A stretch of 64,000 bases of DNA from Flaccisagitta enflata (GCA_965153355.1 OZ231126.1:26722001-26786000), one strand, 5' to 3'; numbered from the stretch's first letter, positions 15,165 to 28,630 are shown. Numbers and translations are program-made. The notes: a model not told the origin generated them from the letters alone.

Positions 15165-15301
15165 AAGAAGAAGAAGAAGAAGAAGAAGAAGAAGAAGAAG
15201 AAGAAGAAGAAGAAGAAGAAGACGACGAAGAAGAAGAAGAACAAGAACAAGAACAAGAACAAGAACAAGAACAAGAAGAAGAAGAACAAGAACAAGAAGA
15301 A
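14990..15301. repeat. (GAA)n / (GAACAA)n microsatellite
   Basis: Direct sequence. Confidence 0.95.
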
Positions 15302-16444
15302 ATACATATATAAGGTCATTTTACATTTTGTCTTTTAATGTTCATGACCGCACGAAACTTAGAGGTGTTGGCCTTGTTTTAAAGTTTCTAGCTTTTCTAG
15401 AAGCCGAGATATCCTTCGTAGAAGCTGTTTCTAAAGAAGTAACTTCTTCATTCTTGATTTTTTTCGCATTTTTGAAAATGAATGTTTTCATTCTTCTTCT
15501 TGCCATTTTTAAATGGCTAAAGCTACAGGAACCAGATTGCATTCATTTTAAAGATAATTCAATAAAGATTATTTCCTCTTTTTAAAAAAAGTTACTTGCT
15601 GTTCTAGAAGCTAAATAATCTTTAGTTGAAGGTGCCGGTATACTTATTGGCAAGGTGGTAGTTCGTTTGTGTAGCCCACATACCATGATACAGTGTACTA
15701 TCTAGAGCAAAAGAATGTAGACAGTATACTAGTTGGCTAGTATTTTCAAAAATAATCATTAAAAACCTCTCAAATTTGTTTTATATGTAGTTTTACATTT
15801 TTAAGTGACAGTAGCTCTTTGAATATGGGTTTTTAAATATTTCCAAATAAGTTTAATATACAAATGCATTATGACTCTCCCCTCCTTGAAAATTATTTAA
15901 GATTGTTCATGTCAGTCAATTCTATGTGCTCCTATGTGCTCCTTAATCACAATGATTGAATACGGCTGGAATCAGGCAGGAAAATGTAACAAGTGTTTGG
16001 TGTTGTAGCAGGGATGGGAAAATTAGATGAAAAAATTTTTAATCTATTTAAAGAATGACTTTAATACAAAGAGCAGAAATCTAGATGCAATATTTTTGTC
16101 ATTTTTCATTTGGGGTATCAATCTTGTTCTGCTTGTCATTTCTAAACGGCTTGATCTAGACAGAAGCGGTTTGCGGTATTTGGTCAGAAATTAGAAGTAG
16201 TTTCAGAATCTCACTGATTTTCTTATTGATTTTTTATTCTAAGCACAGTTATTGTTATAAACGCTTGTCTACATACTTATGCTCTAGATAGTATCATGAT
16301 CTTCTCCAGAGAAGTATTTACTGTTTCTAAGTGATATGTTCTTAATATTGCTTCATCTCGCTTTTATTGGCATATATTGCTCCATTCTTTTCTCTCTTTT
16401 GCCGGCCTCGCCTTGATGTTTCGAATCAAATTTGTTTTTTCAAG

Positions 16445-16925
16445 TGATGTCTCAAAGGACAATCCTGATGGTCGCCTCGATTTCACCGACGTCAGTTTTG
16501 TCGATGTCATTCATACTGACGCGCGGCCCTCAAGGTGGTATTCATGGTCTTTTAAGAACCTCGGCGTTCCCTATCGGATTGGTCACATTGACTTTTATCC
16601 CAATGACGGGACGGCCCAGCCGGGGTGTGGTCGGTATTAATATGGGTACAATCACCAAAGCGCACGCGAATTATTCGTGGACAGCATCAAGAACCCCGAC
16701 TGTTTCAATGCGCAACCTTGTGCTACCTGGGAAGCTTACAGAAAGGGAGATTGCAAAACTAATGATGTGGAAAAGATGGGGATCGCAGCCGTGAAGCCAG
16801 ACTCTTCGAACCATTGGAAGTATTATTTGTATACTACAGACGTAGAGCCTTACTGTTATACACCAAGCATGGCCTGTAGGTTGCTCGGATGGACATGGCT
16901 TCGTTCGTTTGTATGCGGAACGTGA
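16445..16925 (+). pseudogene. Pancreatic triacylglycerol lipase-family C-terminal exon with premature stop
   Basis: RLDFTDVSFVDVIHTD...LG...IGHIDFYPNDGTAQPGC, then TAA at 16638-16640, then in the same frame YGYNHQSARELFVDSI...CFNAQPCATWEAYRKGDC...MG...YYLYT...PYC. The 5' boundary is approximate. No GxSxG exon was found in the window. Confidence 0.8.
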
Positions 16926-17820
16926 TTAAGGCATTTTTCTGCACGTGCGCGCCCGACAGAGAAAGGGCTTGCCTAGTAAAGTACAAGTCATTGCTCCATC
17001 GTCATTTGTTCAGTAATATGATTCATGAGTAATGGTTACTTCATTGCCAAAATCATCAAACAAATGTTTGCAAGGGAATCGATTAGAATTAGTCTATATA
17101 ACTCGTGGTGAACAAAAGAGGGGAAAAAAGCCCAATTGTTCTTTGAAACTGTATTTCTCAATAAAAATCGTTTAAAGAATGAAAACTCTTGTTTTATATT
17201 GAAACAGTAGTCCCTTCGAGGCCTCTATCCAAGGTAGGACTGATTGAGGTTTGGGGAGGCTGAGGTATCTGTCCATCTTTCATAGCTGATTTGGGGGCTG
17301 GGAGGCCAAAAGTGCAGGCTTGATAGGGCTGATTTGGGGCCAGGAGGCTTCACTGGCTTATGGAATGGATACATTTAGAAGGGCTGACATCTATAAATTC
17401 AACCCTGTGTTCTAAAGGCTGTTGCCCAAATAGGATGATATACATGTATAAACAGCTGATGGACAGATCGAGAAAAAAACATCGAGAAACAGAGAAACGT
17501 ATCAGTGAAAGAAAACAAGTCGCGTGCGGGTGGGCAGGGGTAGTAAACAAACATGATCATCAAGCACTTTGGAAGGAGCAGTGATGCAGAACCTCCCGTA
17601 AATGCCAGAAAGTTAGTGAAACGGACAGATGGACAATCGATAGACAAAGCGGGTCATCGAATCGTGTTCACGCGACTAAAAAGGCAACAGAACTTAGTGA
17701 AAATCAAACAAAGACATAGAAAAAGTGAAGTCTAAAAAAGAACACGAAAAAATAGTAAGGAAAGAGAAAGCATATGAGAGGTTCTCGAATAAAACATGAG
17801 AGCATCGAGAAGCTGAGGGG

Positions 17821-17915
<95 letters not shown>

Positions 17916-20115
17916 CGAGAGCGAGAGCGAGAGAGAGAGAGAGAGAGAGAGACTCTGAAGCGCAAAAAAGTTGTTTTGTAGGAAGTTTTTATGTGAAATC
18001 AGCGAAGCGTGGAAACTTTTCCACTGGACGACCAGAGAAACACTTGGACAACACGTGGGTGGGCCTAAGAAAGAAGGGGAAGGAAAGAGAAGGGGAGGAA
18101 AAAAGGGTCATCGAGTGAATAGGCTGATGGTGGTCAAAGGAAAGGGGTAAAAGGAAAGAGTGGGAAGATACAGGAAAGGGGAGTGGCAGTCTGATGAAGG
18201 GTGAGGAAAGAAGATGAAACAGAAAGGTAGAGATACGGTGCGCCGCATTAAAAAGAGAACGTTTTTTGTAAACAGCATTTTGTTGCGCTAAAATTGACTT
18301 TCCAAACCAAATATGGATGAATACGTTGCGCATGCGTTAGTAGTTGATGGATCCACCTTCAGATTGGATGACAAGCTAAATATGCCGTGGCATCAAGGCG
18401 TACAAGTTGGCGAGGTAGTCGGTGGTGAGTCGGCACCAAATTGTAAAAGTAATAATGGCAAAGGGCACTTTGTATTAGAGGTCGACCGAAGGTAGGTTAA
18501 CCGAAGCCGAACCGAAGCCGAAGTTGACAGTGACTAGATTACCGAAACCAAAACCGAAGGTTACTGAATTCAGAAACTGAAGTTTGAAGTTACTTCTATT
18601 CTTCACTCAAGGAAAATAAAAAAAAATTTATAAAGAATTATCGGGAAAAAAGTCGAAGTCAGTCTTCGACTTTTTGACATATTCGAGAGAAACAGGGTTT
18701 TCATTTTCTTATGCGAAAGTTGGGCATCTCTACTGAGCGAATGAGCCCTCCAATGAAATTGATAGGGTAAGTAAATTTAATAATTCTCTTTCATTTGGCG
18801 CCAAGCAGAATGCTCTACGACAAATATTTTTCGCGCTATGATTTTTTAAAGATTTATTTATAAAAATTGCGAATTGAATTTTTTTCGATTTTTTATGATT
18901 TTGAGTAGGATCAAAAAAAGAGTGTATTTCTGTTTTTTTGAGCATGCAAATACAAGAAAACATGTTTATGAGCATAGCTGCTCATCTGTGAGGGTGTTTT
19001 GGAGGATTCTAGCTCATTTAGCTCATTTAGCTCAGTTTTTTTTTATTTTAAATGTGATAAATGAATAGATATTTTGATACATGTTTAAGAAAGCAGATAC
19101 AAAAAAGCATATCAGTGAGCATAACTGCTCATCTGTGAGGGTGTTTTTAAGCATTTTAGCTCACTTAGCTCATTTAGATCAGTTTTTTTTTTTTAAGGGG
19201 ATAAATAAATGTTTTGATGGGAGCATGTAAATACAAAAAAGCATGTCAGTGAGCATAGCTGATTGTCTGGTTGAGTGATTTTGAGCATTTTAGCTCATCT
19301 AGCTCATTTGGCTCAGTCCTATTTTTTTCTGATTTTCAGTGCAATCAATACATACAATTGCTCTTGATTTGATCTAAAAGAACAAAAAATTTGCAGTGAC
19401 TAAAGACAAAAGCTTGGTGAAAAGTGACCAAAGCTTACGACTTTTTTCCTCACGGCGACAGCCACCATTACTGGTATATATCATAAAGACTCAATTAGAT
19501 TGGTTTTTCTTCTGTCTTCTGTTTTTTTGTTTCTTTCATTTTCCATCTAATTTCTATTCTTTTAGTTCGTTTAAAAAAAAGTTATACAAACAAGATCAAA
19601 ATTTGATAGCAATTTTGACTTTAGTTCCAAGGTAGAGAAAGTGCTCCATCCAATAGGTCAGTACTAATGTTAACTTTTGGTCAATCCCTATTGCAAGGTA
19701 TATTTTTTAATGCTGTCCATTAGTCTGTCTGGCTGTGTACTTGTCTGTCTTGTTGCATACCTGTTCATCTTGCCTTAATCCTAAATATTTTTTTTTACTT
19801 AGAAAAATTTTTTTCATTCTTTTACTTTTTATGTCTTTTTTTTTTGTTTAATTTTTGAGGTAACTAGACCATTAGGGCAGGAGCAGTAGGGTCAATGAAG
19901 TAAAATCTTAAAAAAAAGTAAAATGTGACCGACTGACCGACCGACCAACCAACCGACCAACTGACCAATGGATATAGCAGGTTGTAGAGCCGCGTAATAG
20001 CGACTAAAAACAGTGGTCCTTATATTTTTTTATAAATGATTTTTATATTGTTATCATTTCTTTCTGTCTCTTTTATTCTCTCTCTGTTTTTTTCTCTTTC
20101 ACTTTCTTTTTTTTT

Positions 20116-20159
<44 letters not shown>

Positions 20160-20177
20160 CTTTCTCTTTCTCTCTCT

Positions 20178-21289
20178 GGAATAATAACAATGTTTTGCCG
20201 AATTTTCGACGGCCCATGCCGTCTTTATCAGGGCGATAAACCTGTAACATTGAAAGACAAATTGTCATCTCAAGAAATATGCAAAATATGATTCATTTTT
20301 CATTTCATTTCCGTTCTTTTCTTCTTTTTTTGAAATTTCCACCTTTTAATTGTCTCTTTTTTCAGATGTTCGTCCCAGACGAGGTGCAGCCCAAAACTAG
20401 ACTGCACTTTTTCAAAACATTCCCCCGGGTTCATAGTTAATTTTGTCTCCAAAAAAAACCCAGGTTCCTGTTCTCTCATTTCCTTTTGTTTTCCTCGTTG
20501 TAAGTCCCAAGGCAGTTGATCCAGAACCTCTCCCTAGTTACTCGATACATATCGTCTTTGCCCTTCACCTCCTCAATTACCACCACGCCCATATCCTCAT
20601 TTTTGTGTCCTTCTGTCTTGAAGAGGTAGGCCGGTTTTGTGCTGTCCTCTCCTCTCAAGTCTGCTCTGTGCCCAATAAATTGGTCCATTACTCGATTCTG
20701 TGTTTTGCCGACGTAGACAATCTTCTCACACTTTTTGCACCACATGCCATAAATTGCTCCCACTGTTCTGCAGTCCATCCTTCCCTTGATTTTCTTTGTC
20801 TCCCCTCTTTTGTCTTTTATCTCCTTTGTGTCAACCATGAACTCACATAACTTGCACTTTCTCCCGCACGGTCCAGATCCTCCGTCTTCCTGCTTCTTTT
20901 TGGCATTCACCACCAGGTCTGATAAATTCTTTCCTCTTCTCAAACTTAGTCTCGGCATTTCCTTTATATACTTATCCAGTCCTTCCTCTTTCAAAAAATG
21001 TCCGTGTCTCTTAAGAATCTTGTTGACGTTTGGTAGATACGCACTGTGCGTCGTAACAAAATTAATTTGCTTGTCTTCTTTCTTATCTGCCCTTTCAAGT
21101 GCCTTTTCTCGAGTCATCTTAAATCCTTCCTTCAGTTGTCTGCCCACTTGTATTTCTCCATATCCTCTGTTCATCAATTTTTCCTTTGTCTTCTCTGCGT
21201 ACTTCCAGTAGTCTTCCTCGTCGCTGCACAGCCTTCTCAATCTTCTCGCTTGCCCTTTGGCGATGCCTTCCTTGACGTGCCTTGGGTGG

Positions 21290-21294
<5 letters not shown>
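20178..21294 (-). mobile_element. 5'-truncated Penelope-like retroelement (RT thumb plus GIY-YIG endonuclease; ORF 21294-20476)
   Basis: SDHPRHVKEGIAKGQARRLRRLCS (PLE RT C-terminus), PCGRKCKLC, GAIYGMWCKKCEKIVYVGKT (GIY-YIG), RERFWINCLGT. Bounded on both sides by (CT)n. Confidence 0.9.
20197..20234 (-). ncRNA. Minimal type I hammerhead ribozyme-like motif at the Penelope 3' end (core variant)
   Basis: Minus strand GCC-CTGATAA-A-GACGGC-ATGG-GCCGTC-GAA-AATT-C-GGC: stem I GCC/GGC, perfect 6-bp stem II, palindromic AATT stem III, UC site. CUGAUAA replaces the consensus CUGANGA. Confidence 0.65.
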
Positions 21295-21353
<59 letters not shown>

Positions 21354-22753
21354 GTTCCTAAATTCAATTTTGAACCATCTACCTACTACATACTGACATT
21401 TTTACTACTTACTAGCACTTTCAAAACCGAAGCCGAACCGGAGGCCGAAGGTGGGTGAGGGTCAGTAGGTCAGTACCGAACCGAACCTTTGGTCGACCTC
21501 TACTTTGTATTGCTAGTTTTTGCTTAACTATTGGCCTGAGACACAAAAGTCAAAAAATTCATGACCATTTGAAAGCTCTGCAAAAAATCTTCCAAATGCG
21601 ACGTTGCTGGTAATTGTAGCTTTATTTGTTTAGAAATGGTATAGGTTTAAAGACAAAAATCACCGATTGAAAAAAGTGCTCATTTTAATCTTTTTTAGCA
21701 GGCAATTTTACTATTTCCGTTTTTCAAGGATGCAGCTTAGGATTGTCTTTGCTACTTGATATCCATGGGCAAATTAAAGAGCTTCGAATTTTCTTTAAAA
21801 TGGCGTCAAGAACAAAAATCTAATTCAATGCGTTTGATGTTAATGTTAGAATAAAGATAACCTATTGAAATAATGTTGTCACCCTAATGCCATTTCTAAA
21901 CGAATAGAGCTATGGCATCCAGCAAGGTCTCATTTGAAAGATCTTTTGCAGAGCTTCAAAATGGTCATAGATTTTGCTATGTTTTCTAAATTGCTTGGAT
22001 GTGAAACACTGACGAACAAGTAGTTCGCTTTTTCATTTTGCCATTTTGCCAATATTTTTTTATTCCATTTTTATAGCTTCTCTTCAAAGCGTCACTGCGT
22101 CCAAACAAATTGACCGATTTAAACGCGGTTTGCGGCAAACGCTTTGTCTTTCGAAGAGCTTCAAAATGGTCACTGATAAAGATACAATTCTTTTATTCTA
22201 AACTAAGAAACAACGTACTGTTCTCTTTTTTATGCGCCGCACTGTACATATAAATGGTAGCGATGAGTGAAAGTCAAAGAACAAGGCCAAGTAGGCCAAT
22301 AAGGTGCGACATGTGGATCGTCAAACGAATGCGTTACCCGACCGACCAACAGACCGACCGACCGGCCAACCAACGGACACAGCTAGTTATAGAGGTGCTT
22401 TGTCGCGAAGGAAAGGAAGAAATGTGAAATAGAAAGGAAGTTGATCCACAGTGGCACAGTGGAACTTGGAAAATGAAAGTACAAGATAGAAGAGGCACAG
22501 AATAAGAAGAGAAGGGGATAAACAGAGGAAATGAGGGTGGAAATTGGGAAGAGTATGAAGGAGGCGAGAATGGGAAAAGATGAAAGGAAGTTGAGACTGG
22601 TTTGAACTTTGAAGACAATTGGGAGGAACGTGAGAAATAGGGAGGAAATACTGATAAACTGGTGGTAAAAGAATAGCAATAGAAATGGGCAGACTGCATG
22701 ATGGTTAGGGAGGGAGGGACACGGTGAGAAAAAAAATGTGATAATGGCAAAGG

Positions 22754-22932
22754 AGGATACACGGCTACCGAAGTCGTGTGCGGGTGGGAAGGGGCCATAT
22801 TTGAGGTCACCAGACCATTTAGGCAGGAGCAGTGAGGTCAAAGAAATAAAATCACAAAAAAAAGTAAAGTGTGACCGACCAACCGACCAACCGACGGACA
22901 AAGCGGGTTGTAGAGTCGCGTGCACGCGAGTA
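22754..22932. mobile_element. DINE-1/Helentron-like short non-autonomous element
   Basis: Reverse-complement match to 41644-41834 over ~180 bp; (GACC)n units and terminal hairpin AGTCGCGTGCACGCGA. Confidence 0.65.
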
Positions 22933-24071
22933 AAGATGGAAAAGAGGAACGGAAAAATGAAAAGATGGAGAAAGCGGAAGTAAGGCCTAAAGGAGGATAG
23001 ATATAAAGGTTCCCTTTGCTCGGAAGCGACCGGCTGAGATGTGGTACAGAGGCAAGTTGAGTCTAGAGATGAGAGTGAGAGAGAAAGAACTTTCGTGAAT
23101 TGGAAAGTAAAGGGAAAGTGAAGAGGAAAATAAAGAGGAAGAGAAGGGAAGTGGAGATTGAAGAAATGGAATCGACGAATTCGAAAGGGAGGAAAGAAGG
23201 GAAGAGAGAGGAGAAAGAGTGGAAATGGGGAGAGAGGAGAAAGGAAAAAGGAGAAAGGGAGGAAAGAGAGAGAGAGAAAGGAGAATGGGAGGAAAGAGAG
23301 AGAGAGGAGAAAGAAAGGAAAGAGAGAGAGAGGAGAAAGGGAGGAAAGAAGGGAAGAAGGAAAGGAGAAAGGAGGGAAGCGGGGAGAGAGTCGCGTGTAT
23401 GCGACTTATGATGCGAGAAAGCGGAGGTTAAACGGGGTTGATGATCCGCTGATCAGGTTTGGAAGAGGTGATGCACCGAGACCTGGAGATCAAGGTAATT
23501 CGAATCATTTAAAGTGAGATATCCGAAAAAGCGGAGCGAATTTCTCAGCGACGCGACGGTTGTACAGTGGCTAAGAATGGGCCTCCATATGCCTCACATA
23601 AAACTTTCAAATTTACATCTATACTTCAATCTTCTAATCAGATCAAGTGGAGAGTGGAGACGTGATAAGGGAGGATTGATAAACCTTTGCTGGATACAAC
23701 AAATATATACAAAAGATATCCTCAAAATTATTCCGTTACCCTCGATGAAGTCTCGACCTTTGACCCTTGAAAGGCAATCGGCGGGTCGGAAAAAATTGAC
23801 CTTTTCCACGGATTAACATTATACATGACCCGATCCACAGTTTATACCCGACTCGATCTTCCACAGAGTCGACCCGATGAGTACATCAGCCAGATTGCCG
23901 CTGGTTATATTTATTATATAAATGACCCGATATGACATTTTGAATTCATGCCATAAATCAGTTTACCCAATGATGACCCCCTGCAGCCTCACCCATATTC
24001 AAATCCAAAATTCCCTACCCATTGGATCCACCTACGCCAGGGAAAGAGAGAAAGAGAGAGAGAGAGAGAGG

Positions 24072-24154
<83 letters not shown>

Positions 24155-25183
24155 TTTTTCGAGCATGAAATCGCCAGGCTAAACTTTAGCGGCTACTCGG
24201 CCCTAGGCCTCTATGCGGCCAATATGCGGCCGATACCGGGCCGTTAAGCGGCCAATATGCGGCCGATACCAGGCCGCTAAGCGGCCGGTATTCTTCGGTT
24301 TGGCCGGCATTTGGTGTTCGAAATCTCCTTCTAAACTTTCCAAGTCTTTGCGAGTCTCGACCTTTCCGCCATCGCAGCCTTCAATAACGCCTTTAAGTCT
24401 TCGAGTCTTTAACACCGTCCACAAACTTGAAACGTGCGACCCAAGACCGGTTGCTTCGAGCTTATGAACGAGATTATAGTTAGACAGCATGAAACCCAAT
24501 GGCTCCAAGCTGGAGACCGACAGTTAAGTAACTAACACTTTTGCTTTTGATTTGATTATCGAGAGTAACATGGACAGGAATTGGTGACCCTTTTTAGAGT
24601 GATACATATCTTTTGAGTAGTCTCGTGAAAAATTCTGAAAGGGTAGGTTTCTTTCGGGAATTTTAAGTATAGTTGTGATAAGTCCGGATCAAACACCATT
24701 GAGAGTTCCAAAGGCGCTTGACCTTTATGATGTTATAGAGTTATAATGTGAAGTAGTAATGTTGTCCAACTTTCATAAATAGGCCCAATCGACCCAATCT
24801 TCCAAATGATTGGAAATTAGTGATGAACACAAACTTGAGATGGTGACTTCAATTTCTGATGTTCCTCCCCCCCCCCTCCATTCTGAACAAAGGGGCTCGT
24901 CTGTCCACCGTTCTGTTCGTATGTACAATCGTAATACTGATAGATTTTCCAATGATGCAAAGGACGAAACATCCGATATTAGACATTGTCAGTATTCTAC
25001 ATTCTCTAGACGCAACGTCCGGTAGTCTCTCTGCCTTGTTCTACTCAGTCTTTTGCAAATAGAAGAAAGTACAGTAGCTAACAAAGATAGAAGATCGTTG
25101 ATCTATTCAAAAAAATATTCCGTGGAAAATATGTTGATGAAAGAAACATCGCTCAAAAAGGGCGAATCTCATGTCCAACAACA

Positions 25184-25231
<48 letters not shown>

Positions 25232-25399
25232 TCATTTTCTTATGCTTGGTTTCTCCTATTCTCAAACTTGACTGCATTTCTCGGACTATACGTCCCTCTT
25301 TTCTGACATCTCTCCCCACCCCCTTTTTATACTGAGGACTTTCGTTTTATTTCTTATTTTTATTTTTTTATTTTTCATCTTTTTTCCTTTTCCTTTTTC

Positions 25400-26111
25400 T
25401 TTTTCTTTTTTTTTTTCTTCTTCTTCCCCTCTTTTTCTTCTTCTTCTTTTTCATCCTCTTCTTCTTCTTCTTCTTCTTCTTCTTCTTCTTCTTCTTCTTC
25501 TTCTTCTTCTTCTTCTTCTTCTTCTTCTTCTTCATCTTCTCCTTGTTTTTTCTTTCCTTATCTTTTTCTTCTTCTTTTTTTCTTTGTCTTTTTCTTCTTC
25601 CCCTTCATCTTCTCCTTCTTCTTCTTCTTCTTCTTCTTCTCCTTCTTCTTCTTCTTCTTCTTCTTCTTCTTCTTCTTCTTCTTCTTCTTCTTCTTCTTCT
25701 TCTTCTTCTTCTTCTTCTTCTTCTTCTTCATCATCATCATAATCTTCTTCCTGTTTTTTTTTCTTTTTCTTTTTCTTCTTCTCCTTCTCTTCTTCTTCTT
25801 CTTTTTCATCTTCTTCTTCTTGACTTTTCTTCTTTTTTTTCTTTTTCTTCTTCTTCTTCTCCTTCTTCTATATCTTCTTCTTTTTCTTCCTCTTCTTCTT
25901 CTTCTTCTTCTTCTTCTTCTCCTTCTTCTTCTTCTTCTTCTTCTTCTTCTTCTTCTTCTTCTTCTTCTTCTTCTCCTTTTTCTTCTTATGCTTCTTTTTC
26001 TTTAACTTCTTCTTTTTCTTCTCTTTCTTGGTCTACTTATTTTGCTTCTTCTTCCTTTTCCTCTTTGTCTCTCCGTCTCTTATTCTTATTTTGTCTCTCT
26101 CTTTTGCTTCA

Positions 26112-26205
<94 letters not shown>
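25400..26205. repeat. (CTT)n and (CT)n microsatellite block
   Basis: Direct sequence. Confidence 0.95.
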
Positions 26206-26210
<5 letters not shown>

Positions 26211-26338
26211 CCTTCATTCAATTCCCCATCAGTCAGTTCTCCTCCCTGTACGCCTTATTCGTCTTTTTCTCTCCCATAGGTTGATATTCATGATCGAAAT
26301 TCTTTCTGCCTCCTGGGAGGATCTTCATCCAAGCCCCG

Positions 26339-26815
26339 CCTCTCAATCCTTTGCCTCTGACTGTGACTTTCCTCTCAATCCTTTGCCTCTGACTATGACT
26401 TGCCTCTCAATCCTTTGCCTCTGACTACGACTTGCCTCCCAATCCTTTGCCTCTGTTTCTGGCTTGCCTCCCAAACCTTTGCCTCTGGCTCGGGCATACC
26501 TCCCATTTCATTGCCGCTGACTCTGGCTTGCCTCTCAAGTCTTAATCCTTTGCCTCTTACCCCGGCTTGCCTCTCAATCCTTTTCTTCTGACCCTGACAT
26601 GCCTATTCTCCCTTTGACTCTAGCTCTGATTTAATTCTAAATGATTTGCTTCTGAGTGCAAATTGCCTCGAAATCTTTTGCTTCTGACTCTGAATTGCCC
26701 CTCAAACCTTTTCCTCTAGTTCTAGCTAATCTGTCAATCCTTTGCCTCTGACTCTGAATTGCCCCTCAAATCTTTGCCTCTGACTTGTCTCTTGCTTTGA
26801 ATTTTTTGCCTCTGA
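26339..26815. repeat. 32-bp minisatellite (CCTCTCAATCCTTTGCCTCTGACTATGACTTG), decaying rightwards
   Basis: Unit starts at 26339, 26371, 26403 and 26435, followed by more divergent copies. Confidence 0.85.
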
Positions 26816-27727
26816 CCTCTCAGAATCTGACATCATGGCCTCAGTTTTTTTTTTTTGTCTCTGAATTCCTTACCTTTGATGATATTGTAGGTCGCGATGA
26901 TTTTCGATCATATTGTTACCAACCGTTTTGTTTCCAACGTATTCAACTTCTTTTCCTTTAGCTTCAGTGCTGTAGACTCCAGTGCAACAATTGCTGGTCA
27001 GATTCATCGATTGGTAAATCCGTTGGTTTTGGGATTCTATAGACTATACAATGCTGTGTTGGCCAATTTGTACGTCCATCTGTTTGATTTTCTTCTGCTT
27101 TTTGCGCCTCATCGAATACCAGAATATCCTCCCTATCGTTCCCTCTACCAATCATTGACATATGCCTCCTTCAAATGCTATCCTTCCTCTCCTGAACGAT
27201 TTCTTCTTCGCCCTCCGGAGTTTGACTCCATTTTCTTTGTCCACCTGCCAAGTCACTCGAGCGTCCGTCAAACGATGACGAGTGACAAAAACAAACTGTG
27301 ACGAGTGACAATAGCAAACGATAATGGGTGACAATAACAAACGATAACACGTGACAATTTCATGATGGGTGACGAGAGACAATTTTCATTCGAACGAATC
27401 AATGAGTAGGTAACAAAGAAGTAATTTTGACCCACCCCCTACTCTCCATATTCCCACTCTCAAACCCCATCTCTCACCTCACTTACTCCCAATTTTGATC
27501 CACCCCCACTTCCCATATTCCCAATCACAAACCCCATTCCATACCTCATGCCCTCACTTACTCCCAGTTTTGATCCACCCCCGCCTTCCGTTTGCCCTAA
27601 ATGTTTCATCATGTCGTCTCTTTTCTTTCTTTTCTCTTTTGGTGAATCCAACCGTGATGGCTTTTCTTTTTGCTCAACGCCGAACTCAAGGACGATATTG
27701 TATCGATAATCGTCTCCTCTTTTTCAT

Positions 27728-28560
27728 GAGGAAGAAGAAGAAGAAGAAGAAGAAGAAGAAGAAGAAGACGAAGAAGAAGAAGAAGACGAAGAAGAAGAAG
27801 AAGAAGAAGAAGAAGAAGAAGAAGAAGAAGAAGAAGAAGAAGAAGAAGAAGAAGAAGAAGAAGAAGAAGAAGAAGAAAAAGAAGAAGAAGAAGAAGAAGA
27901 AGAAAAAGAAGAAGGCAAAGAAGAAGAAGAAGAAGAAGAAGAAGAAGAAGAAGAAGAAGAAGAAGAAGAAGAAGGAGAAGAAGAAGAAGAAGAAGAAGAA
28001 GAAGAAGAAGAAGAAGACGAAGAAGAAGAAGAAGAAGAAGAAGAAGAAGAAGAAGAAGCAGTAATTAATAGTTAAAGCATGGTTTTGAGGGACGAATAAA
28101 TGAATGAATTATCAAAGGAATGAATATCAAAGGAATGAATGAATGAATAAATTATCAAAGGAATGAATGAATGAATGAATGAATGACCTAATGAAAGAAT
28201 GAAGGAATAAATTAATTAAAGAATATATGAATAAAAGGAAGTCAGTATGAGTTAATGAAAAAAATGAATCAACGAATGAATGAATGAGTGAATGAGTGAA
28301 TGAGTGAATGAATGAATGAATGAATGAATGAATGAATGAATGGGTGAATGAATGAATGAATAAATCAATGCATAAATGAATGAAAGCCAGCATGAATGAA
28401 TGTCAAAATAAATGAATGAATGAATGAATGAATGAATGAATGAATGAATGAATGAATGAATGTATGAATATATGAATGAATGAATGAATGAATGAATGAA
28501 TGAATGAATGAATGAATGAAATAATGAGGGAATGAAAGCAAGAGAGGGAGAAATAAAGAG

Positions 28561-28630
<70 letters not shown>

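Larger units (their letters stand above)
18476..21502. mobile_element. hAT non-autonomous element with 8-bp TSD
   Basis: TIR TAGAGGTCGACCGAAGGT / ACCTTTGGTCGACCTCTA; TSD CTTTGTAT at 18468-18475 and 21503-21510; subterminal CCGAA repeats at both ends; internal ~140-bp tandem repeats at about 18940-19320. Confidence 0.92.
18236..22244. mobile_element. Tc1/mariner-like non-autonomous element (outer layer of nest)
   Basis: TA|CGGTGCGCCGCATTAAAAAGAGAAC ... GTTCTCTTTTTTATGCGCCGCACTG|TA; imperfect ~25-bp TIR with TA on both sides. Confidence 0.75.

Noticed and set aside
24180-24510. GC-rich 33-bp duplication (GCGGCCAATATGCGGCCGATACC..) with overlapping ORFs
   Set aside because: A short local tandem duplication; the ORFs have no recognisable family, and it is not CRISPR-like because there are no unique spacers.
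26964-27161. Minus-strand ORF containing DILVFDEAQ, resembling a Walker B motif
   Set aside because: No Walker A or other helicase motifs, an in-frame stop just upstream and no clear splice sites; could be chance.
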